A stretch of 64,000 nt of DNA from Octopus vulgaris (GCA_951406725.2 OX597826.1:8556001-8620000), one strand, 5' to 3'. Shown: positions 26,339 to 41,217, numbered from the stretch's first letter. The notes: generated by a model from the letters alone, not told the origin. Numbers and translations are program-made.

Positions 26339-27569
26339 CATACACATATATATTGATGATGACGTTGACGAAGACGACGGCGACGATGATAGTGATGATT
26401 ACTGTCGTGGCGGCTGCGGCGGCAGCGTCGGCGGTGGTGGTGGCGGCGGTGGTGGTGGTGTTTGTTGTTGTGGTGGTGGTGGTGGTGGTGATGGTGGTGG
26501 TGATGGTGGTGGTGGTGGTGGTGGTGGTGGTGACGGCGGCGGCGGTTTTAGTGGCGGTGGTCGTTATGATGATGATGATGGTGATGATGATGATGATTAC
26601 AGCAGTTTCTTGATGCCCTAAGTCCAAGGAGGTCATAACCCACGAATCCCTATATAAACTGTCTTTTGATACTTGCAAGGCTGTACTTCTAGCCTGTGTT
26701 TAGTAGACCCAAATTGAAGGTGAGTCTGCGCGGTCCACTAGCACTCTTTTGGACTAAGATGGCTGCAGTGACCGGCAACCTATAGGTTTTACATTAGACT
26801 GGCCTTCACCCACGTGAGTTACCTTACAGGGCTGGAAAGCTCGTCCTACCCTGGAATTTCCACAAGGGTGTCAAAGAGGGTAAACGGCTACGAATTTTTA
26901 CCCCACGAGAGTTTTGCACTCCAGTTATGAACTCATTTGCATACGGTCAATCAGAGCCCAACTATCAAATTGATTTATGAGCGCACAACAAATGATGGAC
27001 GATAAGATATGGTCACTTGGATGAGGAATGACGATGCTTCTTTTCTCTATTAATGATGTCTGTTGTTCTTTTTCTTGTTTCAACCATGGCTACCTCTGCG
27101 AAATTATTTGTGTTGTTGTTTATATTCCAAAACAGTAAGGGGAGGTTGCTAGTACATCACCCTATACCCACATTTTTCCCATCCACATCTTTACCATATG
27201 GGGCCCTAAAAAACCCCGATAATAGGTACAGATGCAAATCTATCTAATTACTTGTGTCCTTCTAAAATCAGGCATAACTTGGCGATCGGTCGATTTCCAA
27301 CACCGTTCTCCATCTTGAGTTTACTTGGTAGAATGTGTTTGTTAACTTGACAACAAGGTCAAGGTGAGATCAGATTGGATGTATGCAAATGAGTTCATTA
27401 CTGGGGTTCGGAACTCGCGGGGAGGTGGGGGAATTCTGCCACCGGGCCACCTGAAGGATTGCGTAATTTGATTCGCTGTTAGTCTTTCCCTTTTCAGAGG
27501 CACTCACAAGCTAATGAGGGTTTATACTTGGGGTTTCTCTATAATATGCTAATTAACCCATAGGTGGGA

Positions 27570-27705
27570 CCCTAGGAGATGGTACTTCCCCGGATGAGAG
27601 TAGACCTGGGAACGATAATGGCTACGAGGTGGTTCCACACTACTCAGAACCCTGGAACTCGCGAACCCGTGTCCCACGTGGGATGCAGTTTGAAGTCCCA
27701 TGCTG
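27570..27705. repeat. Old interspersed repeat, homologous to 40665-40800
   Basis: Shared CCGGAT(G/T)AGAGTAGAC...TGGCT...GTGGTTCCAC...GGAA...GGATGCAGTTT. Confidence 0.6.
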
Positions 27706-28614
27706 CTAGGCCGTGCACTTGCATGGAAACTCTTTAACCAAGAGTGTAAGGACTTCCTAAAGCCATTATGATTTTGAAAGTGTTCCGAAGGACGATGTAG
27801 TCTGTCTATGAGGAACATATATGATTTGAACCCCGAAGACTGAGAATCGAAGCAGATACCACATGGCAGCCCAGTTGAATGCTCTAACAATGCTCCAATG
27901 CAGCACTGCGGACTGGCGCTGCGATTATCGGCCTAAACTTATACAAGCATGTCTTCATTGATTTCAAGTCAGTTCACAAAGCCGAAAGAGATACATCAAA
28001 GCACTATATCGGACTCTCTAAACGTTTCCGACAAATTGGTAATGAACGCACGTGCGCATATATGCACGCATAAACAGATACACACACACACACACACACA
28101 TACACACACATATAATATATGATATACACATATACAAGTTTGTATAATATATACATAACAATGATAGCATTCATTTATTTTGAGGGCGTTCCTTATTTCC
28201 CAACTGATCAATAGACCGATTGATAAACATAGCTATAATGAACCCAAAAATATATCCGAAACAGCTGTAAGTTAAAAATGCTCGAATAAAGGAATATGTA
28301 AAGCCCAATATTTATGCCTTTTTATATATAAACACACATGCATATGTGAATCATTGAATAAGATTTGAACAGAAACTGTGCAATATCAGCCCAGCTTATA
28401 ACTCCCTCAGAGCGTTTAAAAGCAAAGAGGAGTGTATAGGAAGTTGAACAAGCGCTCTTAACTCTAAGCTCACTGCTTCATATAATAGAAATAAGCATAT
28501 GCCAATGAAGTTCAGTAACTCCTGTCCCTTTATTATTCAATGATTGATTTATGTTAGGCCCTGTACTGACCTAACGCTCCGGGCTTAAAAACAATTATAT
28601 CTACTTCAAGAAAT

Positions 28615-28870
28615 AATAAAGGATAATAAATGCGCCCTTTTAAAGCCTAGCCAGGCTCATGGGCCCGGTTTCCCGGTTTCAATGGCGTAGGTGCTCCCCA
28701 GTTGGACGGGACGCCATTCCATAGCAGCGTTACTCAGTTTTGCCAGCTGAGTGGACTGGAGCAACGTGAAAATGAAGTGTTTTCCTCAAGAACACAACGC
28801 ACCACCCGGTCCAGGAATCGAAACCACAATCTTACGATCATGATGCTGACACCCTAACCACTAAGCCACA
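28615..28870 (-). mobile_element. tRNA-derived SINE, head E plus tail T1
   Basis: Reverse complement GTGGCTTAGTGGTTAGG...GGTTTCGATTCC...GCTCCAGTCCACTCAGCTGGC...GGCGTCCCGTCCA...GAAACCGGGAAACCGG. Confidence 0.88.
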
Positions 28871-29298
28871 CTTCAAGAACTACAAAGACCTAAATGCTCC
28901 ACGACTTATAGTTCTGCTGGTCTTGCTCGTTACAGCAATGTATTAAAGATTACTGTTGTTTTTGTTGTTGGTGTTGCTGATGTTGACATAGAAGTGCTTC
29001 TGTATTTTTGCTTTTGAGATTTATCTACTATTCTTCTCCTTGCTGTTGCTGTCATTTTGTTTCTTACTGATTTGTTGTTGATTATCTTTGTTGCGAATAT
29101 CGTCGTCATTATTGTTGAGATTTTCAACGTTCTGTCTCTTAGAATTATTGATTACTGTTGCTATTGCTATTGTTGTCTTTCTGTTTCTGAATACTATTGT
29201 TTGTTGTTGCGATTGCTAGACACAATATTGATGCAACTGCTATAGCTGACGTTGCGATCATAAATCCCAATATTGTCGTTATTTATTGCTAAGCATAT

Positions 29299-29510
29299 TA
29301 AGGCGGCAAGATGGAAGGAAGAACCATTAGCACGCCAGGTAAAATGCTTAGCAGTATTTCGTCTGCCGTTACGTTCTGAGTTCAAATTTCGCTGAGGTCG
29401 ACTTTACCATTCATTCCCTATGGATCGATCAAATAAGTACCACTTAGGTTGATATAATCGTCTTGCTCCTTCCCCAGAAATTGCTGGCCTCGTGCCAAAA
29501 TTTGAAACTA
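29299..29510 (+). mobile_element. SINE family A
   Basis: AAGGCGGCAAGATGG...CGTTCTGAGTTCAAATTTCGCTGAGGTCGAC. Confidence 0.85.
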
Positions 29511-29690
29511 GAAATTTGAAATTTGAATATGTAGGAGTGGCTGTGTGTTAAGTAGCTTGCTTACCAATCACATGGTTCCGGGTTCAGTCCCACTGCGTGG
29601 CATCTTGGTCAAGTGTCTTCTACTATAGCCTCGGGCCGACCAAAGCCTTGTGAGTGGATTTGGTAGACGGAAGCTGAAAGATACCTGTCG

Positions 29691-29736
<46 letters not shown>

Positions 29737-29739
<3 letters not shown>

Positions 29740-29960
29740 TAATTGTTATCGCCATATTAATATGGCAATCTTATAGATATAAGACTAAAAGCTGTCGCTG
29801 ATTAGCTCCATGAGGCCATCGCCTTAAGATAGCTATATGACACACAAACTGTGTCCATTAGAACCTTCGAACAAGGGAGGTCAGCCGCTTCACACTGCTA
29901 GTCAGACAGCTACAGGCGCGTTTCAGGGTATTTAGAGAGACTTAGTAATTTTAATATTTC

Positions 29961-29963
<3 letters not shown>
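29737..29963 (-). mobile_element. (TA)n-flanked fragment of the hammerhead plus hairpin-domain family (copy Z)
   Basis: Minus strand GAAACGCGC...TGACCTCCCTTG...GACACAGTTTGTGTGTC..TAGCT..AGGCGATGGCCT..AGCTA aligns with 41479-41605 and with 43560-43693 on the minus strand. Confidence 0.65.
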
Positions 29964-30010
<47 letters not shown>

Positions 30011-30012
<2 letters not shown>

Positions 30013-30596
30013 GCAGTATTGCCCGGCTCAACGGGAATTTCAGGGGAGAGTTTCAGGGAGTCGCTGGCGATGTATCGTGATGATCAAAACTCCGGCCTGC
30101 TAAAATTTGGTTAAAGTGACTCAAACTGCAGACTCAACGCAAAATGGTCACATTTAATTCAAAGTGTTAAAAATGTTATGAAAACAATTGGTATGTGTTC
30201 ACAAAGTCCAAACGATTAATACGAAAAAACCCTCCAGGCTACATCCCGAAAATTCATTTCTTGCCGAATTTCTACAATGTTTACGGCGATTCGTTTTTAT
30301 ATCTTGATTTTTTATCTTTCATGCAATTTACGCATGCTTGCATGCGTGGTGAACACAGTTCCCGTCAAACAGCTGACTGAGTAAAGTAGACTATTCAATG
30401 CATAGGATAAGTCTTAAACAAACACATTACCGATTTTTGCACTTGCGAGATGAATTTCGGAACAGAAATAGCGCAGTTCAATTTTCATTCGCCTAAACTT
30501 TAAGTGACCCATTTTTGTGGTTCTACGATTTGTTGACTAGGAGATGCGCCGGGAAGTTAAACACACAGATACACACACAGACACACAAGTTGAGTT

Positions 30597-30606
<10 letters not shown>
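30011..30606 (-). mobile_element. Non-autonomous Helitron
   Basis: The 5' end ATATATAAAACTCAACTTGTGTGTCTG resembles 40821. The 3' end CCCGTTGAGCCGGGCAATACTGCGA is a degenerate hairpin plus CTAG. Confidence 0.65.
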
Positions 30607-30633
<27 letters not shown>

Positions 30634-30989
30634 TGTATGTATGTATGTATGCATGTTTCTGTATCTGTGTTTGTCTCCCCAACATCGCTTCACAACCGAT
30701 GCTGGTGTCTTTACGTCCCCGTAACTTAGCGGTTCGGCAAAAGAGCCCGATTGAATAAGTACTAGGCTTACAGAGAATAAGTCCTGCTCCAGCATGGCCA
30801 CAGTCAAATGACTGAAGCAAGTAAAAGAGTAACAGAATTATTACAATGTATATAGATGTTTGTTTCTGATGTTGCTTTTGTGATTATTTTCACCATTGCT
30901 GTTCATGATGTTTCGGCTTCCTTCTTGTATCAATCCTTATTGCTATCGACTTTCTTAGCGGTTTTAATGTTATGGTGGCTACTTTCTTC

Positions 30990-31523
30990 ATCATCTTCTT
31001 CTTCTTCTTCTTCTTCTTCTTCTTCTTCTTCTTCTTCTTCTTCTTCTTCTTCTTCTTCTTCTTCTTCTTCTTCTTCTTCTTCCTTCTTCTTCTTCTTCTT
31101 CTTCTAATCAGGACTCACGCCATTAGCCACAAGGAATAATCTCTAATTCGAGCCTACTCTAAGCTACTAAGAATTCTTGTGGCAACTTGAAGATCCACCC
31201 ACCACACGCGATAGACTGGCGGTTGCACGGGTGCGAAAGCTACGTTGTTATCCTCATTCCGTAAACGGGTGGAGAGCTGAACCCTCCTGGGGCACAGAGG
31301 AGTCGCAATCTAGACTAGGGTCTGAAGGTTTACCACACCATAGTGGGTTACATCATGGTTCCTCTGTTTTGTGGCGGAAGTAGGAAGGAAGAGTGTGAGA
31401 AAGTTGTGGTCAAAGAGTACAGCGGGGTTCACCACACATCTCCACCGGAGCCTTGTGGAGCTTAGGTGCTTTTGCTCAAAAAACACTCACAACGCCCTAA
31501 CCACTGGGCCATTGCGCCTCCAC
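30990..31523 (-). mobile_element. SINE head C plus tail T3 ending in a long (GAA)n tail
   Basis: Head at 31490-31523 with an internal deletion. The body matches 4798-5200, and (TTC)n at 30990-31105 abuts the 3' end. Confidence 0.88.
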
Positions 31524-31566
31524 TGGTAGCTGCTGTTGCGACTGAAGTAAGAATGTTGACATTACT

Positions 31567-31943
31567 GCTTGTTTGTTGAGCGAAGCGGTCTTCGTCCCAG
31601 AGCTCGCAAGATGGGAGAAGTCCGAAACGTGGTACTTTGCTATTCGTCAGACCTGCAGAAGAGAAAGCAGGTCAACCCCCGACACCGAGTGCATCGACGG
31701 ATGGATGAATGCGCATCCAGGCTCAGCGGTTGCGTAGGAAGTCGGGGACAAGAAACAGGAAGAAAGAGTGAAAGAATGTGGGAGCGAAAGAGTACAACAG
31801 GGGTCGCCACCACACCCTGCCGGAGCCTCGTGGAGTTTTAGGTGTTTTCGCTCAATAAACACTCACAACGCCCGGTCTGGGAATCGAAACCGCGCTCTTA
31901 CAACCGCGAGTCCGCTGCCCTAACCACTGGGCCATTGCGCCTC
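31567..31943 (-). mobile_element. SINE head C plus tail T4
   Basis: Head GAGGCGCAATGGCCCAGTGG...GGTTTCGATTCCC. Its 3' module (31567-31750) is unique in the window and ends AACAAACAAG. Confidence 0.88.
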
Positions 31944-32164
31944 TTGACTTGCCGCTCTTGCTAACCACATGTGTGGCTGTTATCGTTGTCGTCACTGATT
32001 TTCTTGAAGCTGTTTTACTCTTCTTTCCTTCGTTGCTGTTGCAGTTGATGCTGTTCTTAGTGCTTTTGCACTTACTTTGGCGATATTGAATATTTAACAT
32101 TTTTCTTGCTATTGTTCATGCTGTTCCTGTCGTTGCAGCTGGTGTTGATATTATTTTCTCTTTC

Positions 32165-32395
32165 ATTTCTTTCAGTCATTAGACCCCGGCCATGCTAGGG
32201 TCTTGAAGAATTCTTGTCAAGCCTGGTACTTATCCTATCGGTCATTTTGCTGAACCGCTAAGTTACATGAACATAAACAAACCGACACCGATTGTCAAGT
32301 GGTCATGCAAGACATACACATTCACAAAGAAACACACACATACACATACTCGCACACGCACATACACAAACACACGCATACACACATACATATAA

Positions 32396-32444
<49 letters not shown>

Positions 32445-32610
32445 TGTGTGCATGTGACGGGCTCCTTTCAGTTTCCGTCTACCAAATCCACTCACGAAGT
32501 AAGTTTTAGTAGGACCCAGACTCTAGCAAAAGACACTTGCTCAAGGTGCCATTTGGTGGAACTGAACTCGGAACCATGTGGTTGGGAAGCAAATTTCATG
32601 CCACATAGCC
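32165..32610 (-). mobile_element. SINE family B
   Basis: TTTCAGTTTCCGTCTACCAAATCCACTCAC, GAACCGCTAAGTTAC and internal (AC)/(GT) tract. Confidence 0.85.
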
Positions 32611-32862
32611 ACATGTTCTTACCAATTTTCCTTTCGTCTTATGTTGTAGTCGATGGTTTGCTATTTTCTGAGTTGTTGTCAATGTTGCTATAGTTACGGT
32701 TGTTGATTTAGTTGATATTAATGGCATTATTGCTGTTGTTGATGACGATGATGGTGCTCCTGATGCGGCTGCGGCTGCTGCTGCTGTTGATGATGATGAT
32801 GATGATGATGAGTATGATGATGATGAGGATGATGATGATGATGAGATGATGATGATGATGAG

Positions 32863-32893
<31 letters not shown>

Positions 32894-32902
32894 ATGACGA
32901 TC

Positions 32903-32939
<37 letters not shown>

Positions 32940-33176
32940 CGATGATGATGGTGGTGGTGATGACGATCATGAGGATGATGATGATGATGACGATGATTTA
33001 TTGTTGATGCTGTTGCTGTCGCCCTTGACCTTACTGTTGTTTATTTTAATTTACACTTGTTGGTGATGTGAAGGATGTGAACTTTTGGTACCGTTGCGAT
33101 TTTTCAAAAGAGAGAGGACAGGCAGGTAGACAGAGACACAGAGAAAGAAAGAAAATATGAGGGAGACGGGCAGACA

Positions 33177-33212
<36 letters not shown>

Positions 33213-34126
33213 CCGACAGACAGACACAGACATACACACAGCCAGAGAGACACATCCAACCAGACAGACAGACAAACAGACAGAAGAACAAGGAGGCAAA
33301 CGAGAGGTGGGGGTAGTGGTACGTAAGTTTCTGATGCACCGGAGTTTTAACTAAATTCCGGAAAATGTTGCTTCCTCCCCATCCTTTCTCTTATTCCCTC
33401 TCTGTCTGACTCTCTCTTTCTCTTTCTTTCCCCTCTCTCTCTTTCTCCCCCTCCCCCTCTCTCTCTATATATATATATACATACATATACACATATATAC
33501 ATAAATACGCCCGGCGGCAAAGAATCCTCCAGTTTGTCAGTTTCATCTCAGCAGAACATTCCCCTGAGCCAAAAGAGCTACTTATAAAATAATGGAAGCC
33601 ACAACGCTCCGCTACGCCATGCCTATGTATATACGAATATATATATATATATACGCATGTTTGAATTATATACAGACATGCATACATACTCATATATGAA
33701 GATATATATACATATGTGAATATCTGCGTGTGCGTATGCAGGTGCGTGCACGAGTATATAGTCTTCGATGCAGTCGATTGACATGTATATGCGGTAGTGT
33801 ATATAGTGTGTACACATGTATGCTTGTAAGTACATATATATGTATGTCTGTATGTATGTATGTATGTATGTATGTATGTATGTATAGATAGATATGCAAG
33901 TTTGAGTATATGCGTGTGTGTGTAAGTATACAAATATGAGCACATAAATGAATGTGTGTGCGTATATATGTAAGTATGCATATATGTATGTATGTACGTG
34001 TATATATGTATGACTGTATACTTGCGTTTGTGTGTGTAGGTATGCAAATATGTGCACATATATGTACGTATATAATTATACATATATGTATATATGTTTG
34101 TATGTACATATATATATATATATGTA

Positions 34127-34209
<83 letters not shown>

Positions 34210-34784
34210 GTGTGTGTATAAACATATGCATGTATGTTTGTGTTTGTGTATGTATATGTACGTATGTATGTCGATATGTATGTACATATGAAGATCATTA
34301 TTGGTGTCTTTGTTTCTTTCTGTTTCTTTGTTGTTATTGTTGTTGTTTCTGTTTGTTTCTTTTCTTCTCTTTTTCTTTTTTCTTTATTCTTTTTCTTTTT
34401 TCTTTCTTTTTCTTTCTTTCCTATTTCATTCAATATAGTGACAATGCGTCGCGTTGAAACTTAATCACTTGTGAAAAATAGAAGAAAATGAATTGAACGA
34501 GAAGGAATAACTTCAATATTGAGCCTACACAGCAAATAACATAAATTCGATTCTTTGCTTCAAAGGAAACGCTGCTGTCTACATTATTTGGAAATTTCGA
34601 GAAAAAATCTCTCTACTACTTTCCTACAGATCTATCACTCCCTCTACGTCCTCATCTTACTATCTCTTTCTCTCTCTCTCTCTCTCTCTCCCTCTCTCTC
34701 TCTCCTCTCTCTCTCTCCTTATCTTCTTCTCTCTTTCATTCTCTCCTTCTTTATCTCTCTCCTAGTTTTGCTTTGCCGCTCTCT

Positions 34785-34818
<34 letters not shown>

Positions 34819-35055
34819 AAGTATGTATGCGTATGTATATATATATATGCATATATATATATGAATATATATATATATATATTCATATATATATATATGC
34901 ATATATATATATGAATATATATATGCATATATATATATATATATATATATATGTGCATATATATAAGCATATATATATGAATGTATATATGTATGTATAT
35001 ACATATATGTGTGTGTGTGTATATATATTTCTATATACTTACATATATGTGTGTG

Positions 35056-35096
<41 letters not shown>

Positions 35097-35212
35097 TCTT
35101 TAATTTCTCTGTCTACAGCAGATCTGTATTAGTAAATGTATGTAAATGTGCAGGTGTGTATATACATGTGCGTGCGTTCATTAGCTGGTCTCTCTCTCTC
35201 TCTCTCTCTTTC

Positions 35213-35260
<48 letters not shown>

Positions 35261-35438
35261 CGTGTGTGTATACGTATGTATATATGTATCTAAGAACAAA
35301 CGCTATATATACAAGTATATATATATATATATATTTGTATAGGTATATTTATTTGTATTTTATGTATTTGAGTACTTCTCTCAATGTGCATTCATGGATT
35401 CATGCATATGTCGGTGTTTGTATATGTATACATAGCGG

Positions 35439-35470
<32 letters not shown>

Positions 35471-35485
35471 TGTATGTATGTATGC

Positions 35486-35554
<69 letters not shown>

Positions 35555-36598
35555 CAGAAATATGCATACATACATACATACATACATACACATACACATA
35601 TCTATCTATCTATCTATCCATCTATCTATATGTCTATCTATCTATCTATCAATCTGTCTATTTAGCTATCTATCTAACTATTTATATTTGCATGTATATA
35701 TATATATATATATATATATACACTCCCCCCACACACAAACACACACATATATATGAATATACCTAGAGGTATTCATGATAAATACACATGTGCTAGAAAC
35801 ATGCACGACCGTCTGTACACACATGCATAAACTCACATATATGAATGTCGGTGTTTGCATATGTATACATAGCGGTATATGTATGTATGTATGTATGTAC
35901 GTATGTATGTATGTATGTATGCATGTATGTATGTATGTATGTATGTATGTATGTATGTATGTGTATCTGCGTATGTTTATAGACCTACTATTGTTTATAC
36001 ACTCGGTCTACAAAACGTAAAAAATAAAAACACCAAATGTGTACATTTGTTTCAATTTGTATGGATAGTAATATGGTGTGCACATAATTGTATGCGTATA
36101 ATAATGTGTTGCCATACATGTGAATTGTGTCTATGCACGCGCGCGGCATTTAGGTATCGTTTTAAATATGTTCCTGTAGATATATGCATACAGAGCGTTT
36201 TACCTGTATATTTGTGCATCTGCGCATACGTATGTCTGCCGATACAGTATGAAATATCTGTTTAAATGAGTGTGTCATCGTGTATGTGTATATATATATA
36301 TATACATACATATATATATATATACATATATATATGTATATATGTATATATATATATGTAAATATATATATATTTATATATATATGTGTGTCTGTGTGTT
36401 TGTGTGTATTTTGCACGTATGCTTGTATTACATACATACATACATGCAGTGTATATATATATATATATACGTACATGTTTGTGTGTGTCTGTTTTTGTGT
36501 GCACATATGCGCTGTGAGCGTCCGTGTGTCAGTGTGTATTCATGTGTGTGTGTGAGTCTGTATGTCTGTCTGTCTGCGTGTGTGTGTTTTTCTGTGTA

Positions 36599-36646
<48 letters not shown>

Positions 36647-38054
36647 TGTGTGTCTGTGTTTCTGTGTGTGTGTGTTTATCATGATGATAAAGGACATGAT
36701 CTCAATAACAGTAGACAAATTAAATTAAACATATAGAAATGAAGGTCTCTGAAAATGCAAAGACATTTTTCATAACTTATATACACACATATATATGTTT
36801 GTTTCTCTTTGTGTATATCTATATATATGTGTATGTATGTGTGTGTTTGTGCTTGTATCATACTATATATGTATGTGTGTGTTTGTATGTGTGTAAAAAT
36901 ATGTCCTGTTTTTGACTTCGATCAAAATCATTTTACACCATTTCAGCTTTTAATTTAAGATTAAAGTACTTAATTTTATTTGAAGTTATCTGCCTTGATA
37001 ATCTTTTCATGTATCTCTTTGTTTTTATCATCGGCTCACAACCAGAAAAATGTCCTCTAGAAGTTTATTATGGATAACAGAATAAAACAAAAACACCAAA
37101 AATGTTATAAAACCAACAGCAAAGCTCTCATTTCTGTTTTCTTTTCTTTTTTTCATATTTTTTTTTTCTTTGTCTCCCTGAATGTAATTTTATTTGTTGA
37201 TGGAAAATTTGTTTCGTGACATTAGTAAGATAAAAAAAAATTGTTTTCGAAAATATGTGTTCAGTCAGGACTAATCTGAAATTTTTCGACCTAGTGTAAT
37301 ATTTTCCACGCGTTTTTCTTTACATGCCAATATATTTTCCTGTGAGGCTTCGTAAAATAAACCAGATGTTCTGCAAAACACTAAGCAATTTACGTTTCTT
37401 TATATCATTTTTAAATTTGTTTTTTACTTTCATTTTCACCAACCTCTCATAATACTGCCGTTATGCAAAAGTATTTAGACATTTCAAAAATAGTATTTAT
37501 ATTCAATATGGAGGCTTTTATTTTTCCATATTTATAATTCTATTTTAGTTACCGGTGGTTTATTTATATTTAGTTAGTGTTAGTTTATTTATTTATATTT
37601 ATTTATATTTATTTATAAAAGTGAAATAGAAAATTGCTTTTTATTTTCCATTTGTTTTTGTTTGTTTTTTGGGGTTTTTTTTTCCTTTCTTAAAGCGACA
37701 TTTTTGTGAAATTTCCGACCCGGCAGAAATATTTGTTAGACAGCTCTCTTCATATTGTGATATGCACAAATCTCTGCTGAATGTTTCTAAATAAACCGAA
37801 AGACGCTGAGTAAAATGTTTGCAATTCTGTTGAAAAATAATTCGTATTGACGAAAGTAAATAGCTAGAAAATAATTTACTTGTTTCATGTACATGAAGGA
37901 GAATAAGTGATAAATGCATTTTGGGACTTGACGTGAAATCAAATTTAGAATACATATACACAAATATGTACATATACATGTATGCATGTGTGTGTGTACG
38001 TACACACACACTCACACTAATATATATATATGTTTATATATATATATATATATG

Positions 38055-38497
38055 CGCAGGAGTGGCTGTGTGCAAAGTAGCTTGCTTACCAACAACATGG
38101 TTCTGGGTTCATTCCCACTGAGTGGCATTGTGGGAAAGTATTTTCTACTATAGCTTCGGGCCGACCGAAGTATTGCGAGTAGATTTGGTAGACGGACACT
38201 GAAAGAAGCCTGTCGTATATATATATATATATATGTACGTATGTATGTATGTGTGCGTATATGCTTGTGCGTCTGTGTTTCTCTTCCCAACATCGTTTGG
38301 CAACCGATGCTGGTGTGTTTACGATCCTGTAACCTAGCGGTTCAGCAAGAGATACCGATAGAACAAGTACAAGGCTTCTAAAGAATAAGTCCTGGGGTTG
38401 ATTTGCTCGACTAAAGGCGGTGCTCCAGCATGGCCGCAGTCAAATAACTGAAACAAGTAAAAGAGAGTATATATATATAAATACATATATATATATA

Positions 38498-38537
<40 letters not shown>

Positions 38538-39006
38538 TACATACAGATGCATGTATGATTATGTAGGTATATAGTGTATGTATCTGTATATACAATGCAT
38601 TTGTGCGTGTGTATGTGTGTGTGTGCGTATGTATATACGTATGTATTAGTTTTTGTTTTAATATATGCTTCACTGTTTTTATATGTACATCTTTTTATTC
38701 TTTCTACTTGTTTCAGTCGTTCGACTGCGGCCATTCTGGAGCACCGACTTTAGTCGAAAAAATCGACCCCAGGACTTATTCTTTGTAAGCCAAGTACTTA
38801 TTCTATCAGTCTTGTTTGCCGAACACAGACGCACAAATGCATACATACATACATATGCGACGGGCTTCTTTCAGTTTCCGGCTATCAAATCCACTCACAA
38901 GGCGTTAGGCAGCCTGAGACAGTAGGAGGCACTTCCCCAAGATGCCGCGTAGTAGGACTGAACCTAGAACCATATGGCGGAAAAGCAAGCTTCTTACCGC
39001 TGCCAC
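38055..39006. mobile_element. Two SINE family B copies in tail-to-tail orientation: 38055-38467 (+) and 38690-39006 (-)
   Basis: Both show the family B head and the GGCCGCAGTC...CTGAAACAAGTA tail. Confidence 0.88.
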
Positions 39007-39053
39007 TTCTAGCAATAAATAAAAGTAAACATTAAAACACACACACACACACA

Positions 39054-39138
<85 letters not shown>

Positions 39139-39196
39139 GTAATATTTATGTATACCATATTCAAATGACAGTTATATATTTATTGAAGAATTACTA

Positions 39197-39423
39197 AATA
39201 CCTATTTCTTTACTACCCACAAGGGGCTAAACACAGAGCGGAAAAACAAGGACAAACGGATTAAGTCGATTATGTCGACCCCAGTGCGTAACTGGTACTT
39301 AATTTATCGACCCCGAAAGGATGAAAGGCAAAGTCGACCTCGGCGGAATTTGAACTCAGAACGTAACGGCAGACGAAATACGGCTACGCATTTCGCCCGG
39401 CGTGCTAACGATTCTGCCAGCTC
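39197..39423 (-). mobile_element. Young SINE family A copy
   Basis: Near-identical reverse complement of 16625-16852. Confidence 0.92.
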
Positions 39424-40169
39424 GTAGAGTAACATTTTAAAATTACTTTACAATTTGCCTTCATCAGACTGTCTGCTAACCCGAAACTTCGAAGTGCTTT
39501 CAAACTTGCCTTGTAAAAATCATACTTACAAGCAAATCTGCCGATCTACGAGGGAGGCATAAAGCGAAGGAGGGAAATCATAACAGCAGTATGTATTGAG
39601 AAATGTGTAAATGGATTTGATAAATTATGGGTGACGTCATAGAGAAATCAAATTTTTGGGGTCATACAGTATTCTATTGCAGCTATGGGACATGTTATTT
39701 GCGACTCAGTGACATGCGATAACAATTCTCTCACGAACTGAAATAAGCTCCCATCCTCTGTATCATGACTGGTTCTGCGGACCACACCTAACGAAAGCAG
39801 AGCTTCCTGTGACCACTACATTAAAAGTATTAAGCAATAAAGGTTATTTAGATATACTTTATTTTAGTTGTTTACACTATTTTATGCTTCTTTATATTCC
39901 TATACATTCAAAGTTCACAAATTTCCTTACTTAAATTATGAATCATATTCCTTTCGATAGCATCGATATGATTACAAAACTTCTTTGTAGACGATATTTT
40001 CTGTTTGGTCGACACTAATTTTCAAATTGCTGGAGTCCGTTGCTCTACTGATAGCGACGTATAACTGGCCGTGTGTAAACATCGGAGTGGGTAAAAATAC
40101 ACCTACACGATCTACAGTCTGACCCTATTCCTTGTTTAATGTCAATGTGCGAGCAGAATATTTAGGAAT

Positions 40170-40485
40170 CTGCCTATCTGCGATGGAAAATAAAGGGGTT
40201 GTATCGGAAATCTAAACCCTCTAAATTCACGAACCATACGGGGGTGGGAAAAAAGTCTAGAGTTAATCCTCGTCGTCGGAATTTTAACAAAAACGTGAAA
40301 GGTGATTTATTAATACAAAACTCAATATCTACTGAATAATACTTTTTCACCCTTTTTTCCCTAAAACCCTTCCTGATTACCTCCCTTGCATTCCCGAAAA
40401 ACATCGTGACCATTAGTCCAGCCGTTTGGCCGTGAAACGGGAACATACAGATAGACAGACGGACATAACGCCTATTATTATAAGA
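40170..40485 (-). mobile_element. Helitron-like 5' portion
   Basis: Reverse complement A|TCTTATAATAATAGGCG..(GTCT)n..CACGGCCAAACGGCTGGAC. No 3' hairpin or CTAG found. Confidence 0.55.
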
Positions 40486-40820
40486 TTTAACTTACTTCTC
40501 AGCGCAGTCAGCTATAAAGCCAGTGACCCAACAGCAGTTGAGGCCACCAGAAATCGACTGCACTTCAGGTATTTTTTATACGAATTTACGTTCTCCTAAA
40601 AGGAAGTTCCGACGTGAACTAGAGGTCTTCCGCTACCAGTTAATCCACGTGCCAGTTAATCCTAGCTGGAATCCTTAACAAGTGCCACTACTCCGGATTA
40701 GAGTAGACGAAGGAATGATAGTGGCTCAGAGAGTGGTTCCACGGGCCTCAACATACTGGAATTCAGTGTACCAGGGCCCCACTACCGGATGCAGTTTAAA
40801 TTCATATATATATACATACA

Positions 40821-41217
40821 TCTTTATATATAAAAGTCAAGTTGTGTGTCTGTCTCCAACGATTTAGATTCCTAACTACTCCCACATTTTACGGTGCAGT
40901 GTAACCAAAAGCGGGTATCTTATAGTCGTGATTCATATCGAGCCCTTCTGGATATTAGCGCGCGTCTACGATGAGTCTACGATTTTAAAAATAATTTACC
41001 ATAATTTTTTTCCATTTTAATGCATTTTTCGCTATTATATAAGGGAAGTAACACTCTAAAAATGTCTACGATGAGTCAATGATTTTAAAAAAAATTTACC
41101 ATAATTTTGTTTCCATTTTTAATGCATTTTTTTGCTATTTTTTGGCTATAACTCTCTAAAGATGCTTATATAGGTATTTCCCTTACAAACACGAGCAACG
41201 CCGGGCGATACTGCTAG
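40821..41217 (+). mobile_element. Non-autonomous Helitron with internal repeat of about 100 bp
   Basis: A|TC start, 3' CGAGCAACGCCGGGCG..CTAG|T, and GTCTACGATGAGTC...AATTTACCATAATTTT present twice. Confidence 0.85.

Larger units (their letters stand above)
29531..30830 (+). mobile_element. SINE family B split by two nested insertions in its internal microsatellite
   Basis: 5' half at 29531-29700 and 3' half at 30655-30830, with a hammerhead-family fragment and a Helitron between them. Confidence 0.85.
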
